Of a DNA stretch of 46,030 nucleotides, positions 23,080 through 31,194 are shown piece after piece. The notes beneath the pieces are model-generated. The model saw nothing but the letters and a program-made list of their open reading frames with translations. It was not told where the DNA came from and searched no databases. This DNA comes from Syntrophothermus sp. (GTDB lineage: Bacteria; Bacillota; UBA5301; JAMCQP01), in the NCBI GenBank assembly GCA_050260975.1, contig JBLNCV010000193.1:1-46030 (forward strand), given 5' to 3'. Every line of letters begins with the position of its first letter. Positions within the stretch are counted from its first letter, which is position 1. Made by a program: the position numbers and the translations under genes.

Positions 23080-24451
23080 CCAGTTCATCCGGGCAGCCGT
23101 CAGCGCCCTTTTGATTACCGCCATGCTCGTGAGCCTTACCGGTTGCTGGGACAGGCAGGAACTAGAAGATCTGGCCTTCGTTATGGCCATTGGTCTGGAC
23201 GAAGGTAAGAACGGCACAGTGCTGATGACTATCCAGATCGCCATCCCTAAGAATATTGTCAGTGGAGCGGGCGGAAGAGGCGGAGGGGGCGGAGGAGGCG
23301 GAGGGGGCGGAGGAGGCGGACAGAAGGTCCTGGTAACCTCTCTGGAAACCCGCAACCCTCTAAGCGGACTTAATTTGTTCAATACCTATGTAGGCCGGCG
23401 AATTACCCTGGTTCATGCTAAAGCACTCATCATCGGGGAAGGCCTGGCAAAAAAGGGCGTTCGCCGTTACCTGGGCGCCTTAAGCCGTTTCCGGGAGACC
23501 CGCCGGACCATGTTTGTGATCGTTACCAAGGGCAAAGCCGCGGAATTTATCCGGGAAAATCAACCTCTCCTGGAAGACAACCCGGGCAAATATATCGAAC
23601 TTCTTACCAACAACTCCACAACTACCGGCCTGTTCCCCAGAATCCAGTACCATAAATTTCTGGTGGCGACAGAATTGCAGACCGAAATGCCGATTGCCAT
23701 CCTGGCGGCGCTTAATAAAGGCAGCGGAAGTGGAGGAACGACCGGTGATATAGGTAAAACAAAGCCCGCGGAAAAAGAACTGGCCGGGCGCAAGACCACG
23801 ACCATCCAGATCCAGCGAGGACAGCCCGTGCGCCGACCGTTAAGTGAAGGCGCCTACACGGCAGGAGAGAGCCCCCGCGTCAACGGTAATAAAATCGATT
23901 TAATGGGAACAGCGGTCTTCGACGGGAATAAGATGGTGGGCGAGTTAAACGGCGATGAAACCCGGTTACTGCTGATGTTGCGGGGCGCGTTCAAGCGAGG
24001 GTTCATCTCCATTCAAGATCCGGCGAACGATGAGTTCTTCGACCCTATCGATGTACGGCCGGCCCGCAAGCCAGACATCCGCATCCGCCGGCAGGGAGAT
24101 AATTTCCGGATCAATGCCGACATTGCCCTGGAAGGAGACATCCTGGCGATCCAGAGTAAGGTGGATTACACCAGCCCCAAAATGATGCGGGTTTTAGAGG
24201 CCAAGATCAGCCGTTACCTCACCCAACAGGCGCAGGCACTGGTAGAGAAGACGCAAAAGGAGTTCAAAAGCGATATATTCGGCTTTGGAAACAAGGTACG
24301 GCACCTGGTCCCCACCTGGCAAGATCTGGTCAAGCTGTCGTGGCTCAACAAATACCCGGAAACGGATGTCAAGGTACGGGTAACTTTCAAAGTCAGGCGC
24401 GTGGGCACCGAGTTCCGGCCTGCCAAGCCACTGCCATCGGGAAGGAGGTAG
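23072..24451 (+). CDS. Spore germination receptor C subunit lipoprotein (GerAC family)
   Basis: Has the lipobox LVSLTGC followed by WDRQELEDLAFVMAIGLD, the conserved Ger(x)C N-terminus. Contains a run of 14 Gly. Confidence 0.85.
   Translation: MPNQFIRAAVSALLITAMLVSLTGCWDRQELEDLAFVMAIGLDEGKNGTVLMTIQIAIPKNIVSGAGGRGGGGGGGGGGGGGGQKVLVTSLETRNPLSGLNLFNTYVGRRITLVHAKALIIGEGLAKKGVRRYLGALSRFRETRRTMFVIVTKGKAAEFIRENQPLLEDNPGKYIELLTNNSTTTGLFPRIQYHKFLVATELQTEMPIAILAALNKGSGSGGTTGDIGKTKPAEKELAGRKTTTIQIQRGQPVRRPLSEGAYTAGESPRVNGNKIDLMGTAVFDGNKMVGELNGDETRLLLMLRGAFKRGFISIQDPANDEFFDPIDVRPARKPDIRIRRQGDNFRINADIALEGDILAIQSKVDYTSPKMMRVLEAKISRYLTQQAQALVEKTQKEFKSDIFGFGNKVRHLVPTWQDLVKLSWLNKYPETDVKVRVTFKVRRVGTEFRPAKPLPSGRR
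23263..23320 (+). repeat. GGC/GGA/GGG simple-sequence tract (18 nt unit ggcggagggggcggagga repeated) encoding poly-Gly
   Basis: Read directly from the sequence. Encodes GAGGRGGGGGGGGGGGGGG inside GerAC. Confidence 0.9.
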
Positions 24452-24463
24452 TCATGCAGCCTT

Positions 24464-24640
24464 ATGGTAATGAATGTGGTGTTATTGCTGCTCCCTGCCG
24501 CCGCGGCGTGGTACACCGCCAGTTTCGGTCTCTGGACCTGGCGGCAGGGCAATGTACGGGGAGCGATCGGCATCTTTGTGATCGCCGCCGTCACCTTCGC
24601 CCTGCCGCTTTACCTGTTACTGATCGGGAACAAGGGATAG
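24464..24640 (+). CDS. Small two-TM membrane protein downstream of gerAC (possible germinant-receptor D-type subunit)
   Basis: 58 aa, below the ORF-track cutoff: MVMNVVLLLLPAAAAWYTASFGLWTWRQGNVRGAIGIFVIAAVTFALPLYLLLIGNKG. It has two hydrophobic helices. The start is uncertain: ATG 24464, ATG 24470 or GTG 24476. Confidence 0.45.
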   Translation: MVMNVVLLLLPAAAAWYTASFGLWTWRQGNVRGAIGIFVIAAVTFALPLYLLLIGNKG

Positions 24641-24722
24641 GAACATCGGGGACAAAGATACCCAGCTGGCAAAGAAAGGATAGGAATAGCAGGTCGCCAA
24701 TCCCTTTCGCCCCCCAGGTACC

Positions 24723-25112
24723 TTACTTCGCGGCGTCGACAATGCCGCGGACAATGGCATCCACTTCTTTGGCGACCTCCTCAAGATGCGCCTCCGGGAA
24801 GAATTGCGCCAGCGTCGTCGGGCGCATGGCGCTCATGACAGTCTTTCCACCCTTGCGGTAGACCACGATCTTGCACGGCATCAACAGGCTGATCAGATCG
24901 TCTTTTTCCAGCACCTGATGGGCATATTTGGCGTTGCATACCTCGATGATCTTCAGGGGTTCCCGCTGCAACCCCTTTTCCGCCAGCGTGGCCTGCACAT
25001 CGTGGACATGGAGCACCCTGAACCCGCGCTCCCTGGTCTTGGCTTCCACCGCTTCCACCGCCTCGTCAAAACTTTTAGCGGTTTCCACGGTGTATTTCAT
25101 TTTATCGTGCAT
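24723..25112 (-). CDS. DUF302-domain protein
   Basis: 129 aa ORF. The pattern YTVETAKSFDEAVEAVEAKTRERGFRVLHVHDVQATLAEKG...LKIIEVCNAKYA is typical of DUF302. Confidence 0.7.
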   Translation of the reverse strand: MHDKMKYTVETAKSFDEAVEAVEAKTRERGFRVLHVHDVQATLAEKGLQREPLKIIEVCNAKYAHQVLEKDDLISLLMPCKIVVYRKGGKTVMSAMRPTTLAQFFPEAHLEEVAKEVDAIVRGIVDAAK

Positions 25113-25302
25113 TGAACCAGCCCCCTTTTACATCAGTGTGTAGTATCGGCATTGAGCGGCAGGATATGTCCCCGGTCGGGTTGTACACCATATCTAAGAT
25201 CTTCCAATACCGATTATTACCATACTGGGTATAGTATATATGAAGAGGGCAAAAAAAGCAAGAAGCTTTCTTATCCAGCTTGCCATGACTTCAGCTCTAA
25301 GC

Positions 25303-25998
25303 CGCTAAAGCGGGGAAATAACCGCCTTCGGCCAGACCCTCAACCGCCACATCAATATCGGAGGCAGCCCGGAACTCGAGCACTTTGCGTCTGGGTAATC
25401 AAAATCCCATAGCGAGTTGGGCGGGAATCTTCTTGCAGGGGGTCGCTGAACAACCTAAGGGCAAGTGACCAAGAAAGAGCGTTACCGTTCTACCGGCGAA
25501 AGAAGCATTTATATTGAGCTTTACCATATTGATGAATCTTGATGATCCCCATGCCCCGCGAACCAGAAACGGGCTTTAAATAAACGGACTTGTGCCGTTG
25601 AAGCGCCTGGTTTAAGGATTGGTAGTCCCTCAAAAGATCGGTCTCTGGCAAATGCGTCCCGATATCAGATTCTCCTTTGAGCATCTGGTGAATCTTCCAT
25701 TTGTTGAATCTGGTGGTCCGGTTGAAGACCTGAACCCCACATTCCCTGAGCCTGTCCTGAAACCTGGCGCGGGCAGGGTAACTGAGATCGTACACCGCAT
25801 CCGGCATTGGAAAGATCCCGGTTCTCCATGCACCTTCTCCATTCAAGGTGAAATTGTAGCACGGCCCTGGATGGTCCTTTGCGCAAAGTCAACCGATTGA
25901 GGGGTGAACAATACGGCAATCCCCGCAGTCTTCCGGAGCGCCATCATGAACCGGGCCATATTAGGGGTACCTTCAAAGGAGGTCAAAACCAAGATCAT
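25303..25998 (-). pseudogene. Decayed third YheC/YheD-family ATP-grasp paralog (frameshifts, in-frame stop, truncated 3' end)
   Basis: ATG 25998 behind GGAGGTGG gives MILVLTSFEGTPNMARFMMALRKTAGIAVLFTPQSVDFAQRTIQG. Homology then continues in another frame (NGEGAWRTGIFPMPDAVYDL...YLKPVSGSRGMGIIKI, ORF 25490..25846). It passes a TAG at 25488-25490 (..RYGILITQ), then shifts frame again (LEFRAASDIDVAVEGLAEGGYFPALAA, compare IEVCTCDDRPFDIRVLLQKDGTGEWVVTALVAR in the intact copy). It ends without the C-terminal roughly 120 aa. Confidence 0.7.
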
Positions 25999-26015
25999 GG
26001 TTATCCACCTCCTGT

Positions 26016-27191
26016 TTAAAGAAGCTCCGGCCGGCCGAATCCGCTGAGATACCGAGCGTACTCCATGGGAAGCCTGTACGCCTTATCGATTATGTCCCGG
26101 TCGCCCAATGCTCGCACCGTCGACTTGGCAGGCTTGCTGTTGACCTCGAAGAGCCAGATCCCGCCGCTTTTATCTACACCGACATCGAGCCCCAACTCTC
26201 CTGATGGCCCGTATCTGGCATCCAAACAGGATCCAACCTGAATCGCCAGATGTTTTATATCCCGTACTATCTCCCCTGAACGCCCACCAAACCAATGCAC
26301 CAGCAAGTCCTCCGGGTATTTGACGGCTCCACCCGCGCCTACATTGGTCACCGCACCGCCGGCCTGAGCGACCCGGGCAACAAGGGCGGTCACGACCCAT
26401 TCTCCGGTTCCATCCTTCTGCAATAACACCCTGATATCAAACGGGCGATCGTCACAAGTACATACCTCAATCCCCTGCTGGACCACAAACCTGGCTTTGG
26501 GGTTGACTTCCCTCACCACTTTGTTAATGCCGTCCAGCCCGGCGGCCAGTTTCTGGACAAATCGTTCGCCTTTCATGAAAACGCACCAATACGACCCGCC
26601 CTCCGCGCTCTTTTGGATCCGGATGACCTCTTGGCCGAGACTGCCATAGTTCGATTTGACGTAGACACTGGCATACTTCTCCAGCATGGACACTACGCTG
26701 CCAGGGCCGTCATAAAGGATGGTCTCGGGCAGACAGGACACCGTGGCTTTATCGGAGGATAAAACCCGATAGGTCTGCCATTTCGCGAAATAGGGCTTGG
26801 AGTTGATGAACTTCACTCCATTGATGCTCTTCAGCCGTGAACGTGCCTCTTTGGCGACTGGCCGTTCTTCCTCCGGATAAGTGGCCCGATCGTATATCAC
26901 ATCAGGCAGCGGGAAAAGGGAACTGGTCCAACTTCCTGATTCCGGGTCGCGGTGGCAGCCACGGACGAGGGACTCCGGCCAGACAATCTCCTCTAGGGAA
27001 AAGATATAACAGGCCACTCGACTTTTGCAGGCCATTTCCACCAGATGATGCAAGCCTGCCGGAGCCCCCTGCTTCATTAAGATCGTGGACAAAGTTCTCC
27101 TGTTTACCAGTACCCCAACGATCGGGCTGTTGGCAATGCTCGGGCTATTCATGATGACCTGCACCTCTAGCATTGGAATCGCCTCCGCCAA
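26016..27191 (-). CDS. YheC/YheD-family ATP-grasp protein (YheC-like)
   Basis: 391 aa ORF. FPLPDVIYDR, YVKSNYGSLGQEVIRI, FDIRVLLQKD and GELGLDVGVDKSGGIWLFEVNSKP are YheC/D ATP-grasp motifs. The start may be internal (27173 or 27152). Confidence 0.8.
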   Translation of the reverse strand: MAEAIPMLEVQVIMNSPSIANSPIVGVLVNRRTLSTILMKQGAPAGLHHLVEMACKSRVACYIFSLEEIVWPESLVRGCHRDPESGSWTSSLFPLPDVIYDRATYPEEERPVAKEARSRLKSINGVKFINSKPYFAKWQTYRVLSSDKATVSCLPETILYDGPGSVVSMLEKYASVYVKSNYGSLGQEVIRIQKSAEGGSYWCVFMKGERFVQKLAAGLDGINKVVREVNPKARFVVQQGIEVCTCDDRPFDIRVLLQKDGTGEWVVTALVARVAQAGGAVTNVGAGGAVKYPEDLLVHWFGGRSGEIVRDIKHLAIQVGSCLDARYGPSGELGLDVGVDKSGGIWLFEVNSKPAKSTVRALGDRDIIDKAYRLPMEYARYLSGFGRPELL

Positions 27192-28602
27192 AGCCTGCCA
27201 GGTAAAAGCAAAACTCCACCGGCAAACGGTACATTCTCTCCTCCGCCGCCGGGTCTCCCAGCCGCTCCAGGCTGACTTTCAGCGGCTTTCCATTGGCCTC
27301 GATCAGCCAGATCCTGCCGTTCTTGTCAATTCCCATATCAAGTCCAATCTCTCCGCACGGGCGGTATCGCCGTTCAATGCATTCGGCGATTTCAATGGCC
27401 CTGGCTTCGACTTGCTCCTGCAGCCCGGATGCACTCCCGGGGAACGCGCTGTTCAGCGCCAACGAGATCGGCGCCACGCTGCCCCCGCTGCGCGGGCTGG
27501 TGATGACGCTCCCTTCCGCCGCCAGCCGCGCCACAATTCCACCGATTGCCCAACGCCCGGTGATATCCTTTTGCACCAGGGCACGTATGTCAAACGGGAC
27601 GCCGCCATGCTCGGCCAGGTCAATCCGCTGCTGGACGATGTAATTTCGATCCTGCCTTCGGTACGGAGCCAGGAACCGGTTCAGTTCCGTCCCACTATTC
27701 ACATCCTCAACTCTATTTACCGGATGGTCACGGTACTCCACCCGCAACCGGCCGCCGGGGAGGCGTGAAACCCGGAAGACCCCCTGGCCCCTAGAAAGAT
27801 CATCCGGTTTAAGGTAGACCGCGTCATATCGCGAAAGCATCTCCAGTACCGAGCTTGCATCGCGATACAATATCGTTTCGGGCAGAATGTCCTTGACCGG
27901 ATCACACTGCCGGAGAATCTCCATGGTCTCCCATTTACACAGTTTGGGCATGGCGTTAAACAAGGGCGTCTCGTTGCCTTCTTTTTCCATCAACTCACGC
28001 AAAGTAATCGCTTCCGCCCTCCGCAAAGAGCGGTCATAGATGACGTCAGGGAAGGGTCTGATGCTGCTGCACCACTTGACACCTTCAGGAGACAGCGTCC
28101 GTGTCCAACCCCTTATCAGGCCCCGGCCCCAATCAATATCCAGCAAACTGAAAAGGTAAGCAATCGCGCCCAGGCCCCGAGCGATCGATAACACTTTTTC
28201 ATGGGCCCGCTCCGTTCTGCCGAAAAAAAGCCGGCCAGACTGCTGGGCGCTAACGAACACTCCGATGACCGGCCCCAAGCTTAAGCAATTGCCGACCGAA
28301 TCCCATCTGGCATTGCACGTCGCCTCGACGGGAATGTGCAAGAGGTTGAGCAGGAAAGAACTCATACGAATGGAGGTATCCTCGCCGCCTGCCAAACTCA
28401 GTAAGGCACTGGTGCAAATGCCGCCAACCCTGACCTCAATTGCCGGTCTTTTTACCGGCAGGTTCAGACCGGCAGCCAAACCCCTGGAGAGTTGAACCAC
28501 CAGTGGCCCACCTTTTCCACCGGAAAGCTCAGCCAGCCGCACTCTTGCGCTGGATTCGCCGTCTGCCACCTTATTGGTTCTCCACAACTTTAAAAAGGTC
28601 AT
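27145..28602 (-). CDS. YheC/YheD-family ATP-grasp protein with a roughly 100 aa N-terminal extension (YheD-like)
   Basis: 485 aa ORF with the same motif set (FPDVIYDR, YLKPDDLSRGQGVFRV, FDIRALVQKD, GEIGLDMGIDKNGRIWLIEANGKP). Confidence 0.8.
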   Translation of the reverse strand: MTFLKLWRTNKVADGESSARVRLAELSGGKGGPLVVQLSRGLAAGLNLPVKRPAIEVRVGGICTSALLSLAGGEDTSIRMSSFLLNLLHIPVEATCNARWDSVGNCLSLGPVIGVFVSAQQSGRLFFGRTERAHEKVLSIARGLGAIAYLFSLLDIDWGRGLIRGWTRTLSPEGVKWCSSIRPFPDVIYDRSLRRAEAITLRELMEKEGNETPLFNAMPKLCKWETMEILRQCDPVKDILPETILYRDASSVLEMLSRYDAVYLKPDDLSRGQGVFRVSRLPGGRLRVEYRDHPVNRVEDVNSGTELNRFLAPYRRQDRNYIVQQRIDLAEHGGVPFDIRALVQKDITGRWAIGGIVARLAAEGSVITSPRSGGSVAPISLALNSAFPGSASGLQEQVEARAIEIAECIERRYRPCGEIGLDMGIDKNGRIWLIEANGKPLKVSLERLGDPAAEERMYRLPVEFCFYLAGFGGGDSNARGAGHHE

Positions 28603-28629
28603 CCAACTCTACCCCTTCATCAACCTGGT

Positions 28630-29874
28630 TCATCCCTCTGGACCGTCGTCAATGCAAATCACCCGGTTCTCCCATGTCCTGAGGACCACCCGCCCGGTCT
28701 CCATGGACAAAAGATACTGGGGGAAAATTGGTACCTTACCGTATCCACCAGGCACGTTGATCACAAAGGTTGGAATGGCAAGTCCCGACGTGCGCCCCCG
28801 TAGATGTTCCATAATCTTGAGACCTGTTTCCAACCGGGTAATAAAATGGCTCGTCCCTTTAACAGGTTTTGCCTGATAAAGGTAGTAGGGCCGGACCCGG
28901 ATCTTCAGCAGCTCCTGCCCCAGTTTTTGTATAATGTAGGGGTTGTCATTGACCCCCTTGAGCAGGACAGCCTGGTTTCCGAGGACGACGCCCGCCGACA
29001 GCAAACCGTCACAGGCGGCTCTGGCTTCAGGGGTAATCTCCCGCGGATGATTGAACTGGGTATTCAGATAGATCGGTGGATGCTTCCTCAGAATCTGCAC
29101 CAGATCCGGGGTAATTCGTTGAGGCAGTGTTACGGGAGTTCTCGTGCCCACCCGCTTGATTTCCAGATGGTCGATCTTGTCCAGTTCCCAAAGCAGCCAG
29201 TCGACTGTTTCATCCGCCAGTGTCAGAGCATCGCCGCCGGTGAGAATTACGTCCCTGATCTCCACGTTGTACCGAATATAGGCCAATGCGCGTTTTAAAA
29301 CCTCCTTTGGAGTATGGCAATCCCGTTCTCCAATATTCCGGCGTCTCTGGCAGTGGCGGCAGAAACTTGCACACTGGTTCGTGACATTAACAATCAACCT
29401 GTCCGGATAACGCCTGGTTATAGCGGAAACAGGCGAGGTCTTGCCTTCGGCCATTGGATCATCGGTACCAAAGGTATCGTTCAATTCGGCAACAGTTGGC
29501 AGCGCTTGCTTGCGAATTGGGCAAGCCGGATCATTCGGGTCCATCAAAGCGGCATAGTAGGGGGATACCGCCCAGCGGAATTTCGTGCCGACCGCGTCAA
29601 TTTCGGCAACCGTCTCTTCGGGCAGTCCAAGAAGGTGGCCAATCTTCGCAGGTTCACTGATCCTGTGGCTTAATTGCCAGCGCCAGTCCTCCCAGTCATG
29701 GTCGCTGGCCCCAAGGCTGGCCATGAGCTTTTTCTTTTGCCGGTCGAAGGAGTCTTGAATGTCGAATCCGGTCAAAATATTCAGAGTCTCTTTTCTGCTC
29801 TCCCCGGCAATCTCCTTCAACCGAAACATCCGCCTGGCGGTTCCTTCTTCCGCATCTTTTTCACCACGATACAT
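28630..29874 (-). CDS. KamA-family radical SAM aminomutase with a glutamate 2,3-aminomutase-type active-site signature
   Basis: Has the CASFCRHC (CxxxCxxC) cluster and GGDAL. By eye alignment to C. subterminale lysine 2,3-aminomutase, YQCD(293)L becomes YQAKP and VVD(330)APGGGGK becomes VINVPGGYGK. That Asp-to-Lys and Asp-to-Asn pair was reported for glutamate 2,3-aminomutase. Confidence 0.7.
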   Translation of the reverse strand: MYRGEKDAEEGTARRMFRLKEIAGESRKETLNILTGFDIQDSFDRQKKKLMASLGASDHDWEDWRWQLSHRISEPAKIGHLLGLPEETVAEIDAVGTKFRWAVSPYYAALMDPNDPACPIRKQALPTVAELNDTFGTDDPMAEGKTSPVSAITRRYPDRLIVNVTNQCASFCRHCQRRRNIGERDCHTPKEVLKRALAYIRYNVEIRDVILTGGDALTLADETVDWLLWELDKIDHLEIKRVGTRTPVTLPQRITPDLVQILRKHPPIYLNTQFNHPREITPEARAACDGLLSAGVVLGNQAVLLKGVNDNPYIIQKLGQELLKIRVRPYYLYQAKPVKGTSHFITRLETGLKIMEHLRGRTSGLAIPTFVINVPGGYGKVPIFPQYLLSMETGRVVLRTWENRVICIDDGPEG

Positions 29875-30002
29875 CTTTTACCTCCATCCGAACGTCGTCA
29901 TTGCCCCTGCTATTCTCCTTCATGACGCTCTATGACAGGATATGCTCAATGTCAGACAAGGGTGCCTTACTGCTGAATTTCACTTCCGCAATCTCAGCGC
30001 TG

Positions 30003-30040
30003 TAAAAACAGCCCATCCCTCCCGTCAAGGAGGGATGGGC
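30003..30040 (-). terminator. Rho-independent terminator after the HExxH protein gene
   Basis: Minus strand GCCCATCCCTCC-TTGACG-GGAGGGATGGGC is a perfect 12 bp stem, followed by TGTTTTTAC. Confidence 0.75.
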
Positions 30041-30193
30041 TATTCAGCGATGGAAATCCAAATCCGCCTGTCCCAGGCCGTTCCCTTAACAAGAACAGAG
30101 CCCCCCTGCTCGGAGCTCTGCTGCCATGATCGCCATCTTTCTCTCTGCTTGCTCAACTGAAAGTTCGAGTGAAGCATTTTAACTTTAAAGCGT

Positions 30194-30685
30194 CTAAACA
30201 GGCCGGCTTTCATCAACTTCCTGGTAGGCGGCAATCTGGCGGCAGGCCTCCCGGGCGGTCAACGCGGCCCGTACCTGCCCCGCCATTTGCGGGTCGATAA
30301 AGAAAGTGTAATCCTCCACGGAAAGAGGTATTTCCAGCTCCTGCAAGAGGCAATAACCGGTAATAAAGGCCGAAAATTCGATCTCGGCAGGCACCTGCGA
30401 CCAGTGCAGGTGGCGGGTCATCTCCAGGTGCGAAGGATGCCGCGAAAAATCAATCACATGCCCGAGTTCATGGGCCAGGATTACCACCAGGTACGGAAGC
30501 GGTTCGTTGGCCAGATCCGGCTCCCAGACGTAAATAGTCCGGTCAGCTGGCTGGTAGAACCAAAGTTCGTGGACATTACTCGGCGCAAATCTTATTCCCA
30601 GCCCGTGAGCCTTCCGGACTAATTTGGCCAGATGCAAATTTTCAGGAAATCGCAATGAGCCCAGGGGCAAAGGGGTTTCGGACAT
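30194..30685 (-). CDS. Putative zinc metallopeptidase (HExxH; ImmA/IrrE-like or similar)
   Basis: 163 aa ORF with VVILAHELGHVIDF. I recognised no other family signature. Confidence 0.4.
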   Translation of the reverse strand: MSETPLPLGSLRFPENLHLAKLVRKAHGLGIRFAPSNVHELWFYQPADRTIYVWEPDLANEPLPYLVVILAHELGHVIDFSRHPSHLEMTRHLHWSQVPAEIEFSAFITGYCLLQELEIPLSVEDYTFFIDPQMAGQVRAALTAREACRQIAAYQEVDESRPV

Positions 30686-30782
30686 TTAGGACAACTCCTG
30701 CTGCCACATTTGCGGCGTTTACTAGACGACTACGCATTTTTTACTACTTCGTCACCCCCACCCTATCTCCTGCTGACACCTT

Positions 30783-31130
30783 TTAGGAGAACCCGCCAAC
30801 TTTTGGACGCCTCTTGGATTCCACCTCCTGTACAAGCCTTCCCAGCGCCTGGGAGTCTCCAGCCGAGTAAAAGTACCCGTTGACCCAGATTACGGGCAAG
30901 GGCAGGTCCTTCTTCCAGATCTCCGTAACATACGGCCCATAATTCCCAATCTCCGGATCGTCAAGATCGACATACTTGCATTGTACCTGGTTACCGAAAC
31001 TGCTGGCCAATCTTTTCTGGTAAGATTCCGTGACCTCTGCCAGAGGCCGGCGGCTTCCGTGTCAGCCGGAACAGCTTTCCGACCGGCGCTGGCCCAAAAT
31101 CAAGATATAAGTACTTGTCGTGCCATCCAT
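30783..31130 (-). CDS. Candidate selenoprotein: small thioredoxin-fold (YuzD/DUF1462-like) protein with a C-S-G-U redox motif (in-frame TGA at 31062-31064)
   Basis: The ORF track reports only the part after the TGA (30783..31010, TTG start, no SD). Reading from ATG 31130 (SD AGAGGA/AAAGG upstream) gives MDGTTSTYILILGQRRSESCSG-U-HGSRRPLAEVTESYQKRLASSFGNQVQCKYVDLDD...PVIWVNGYFYSAGDSQALGRLVQEVE in a single frame. A hairpin GGCCUCU-GGC-AGAGGUC starts 14 nt after the UGA. Confidence 0.55.
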
Positions 31131-31194
31131 CCTTTATTCCTCTCTTTCCTCCGTTTACACCTGGCCACGGCCAAGCTCACTTCTGCGTTTCCAT

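Noticed and set aside
23029-23382. Minus-strand ORF with a PPPPPPPPPPPPP run.
   Set aside because: It is the reverse complement of the poly-Gly tract in gerAC, and it lies entirely within the gerAB/gerAC coding sequence.
24340-24861. 173 aa plus-strand ORF starting inside gerAC and including the well-placed ATG at 24454 (5 nt after GGAAGGAGG).
   Set aside because: The product is Arg-rich and non-globular, and it runs antisense through the 3' end of the DUF302 gene. The neighbouring frame gives a clean two-TM peptide instead. The good SD spacing of ATG 24454 remains a caveat.
25152-25412. 86 aa plus-strand ORF in the DUF302/yheC' spacer.
   Set aside because: It has no SD and no motifs, and it overlaps the antisense of the decayed YheC/D pseudogene tail.
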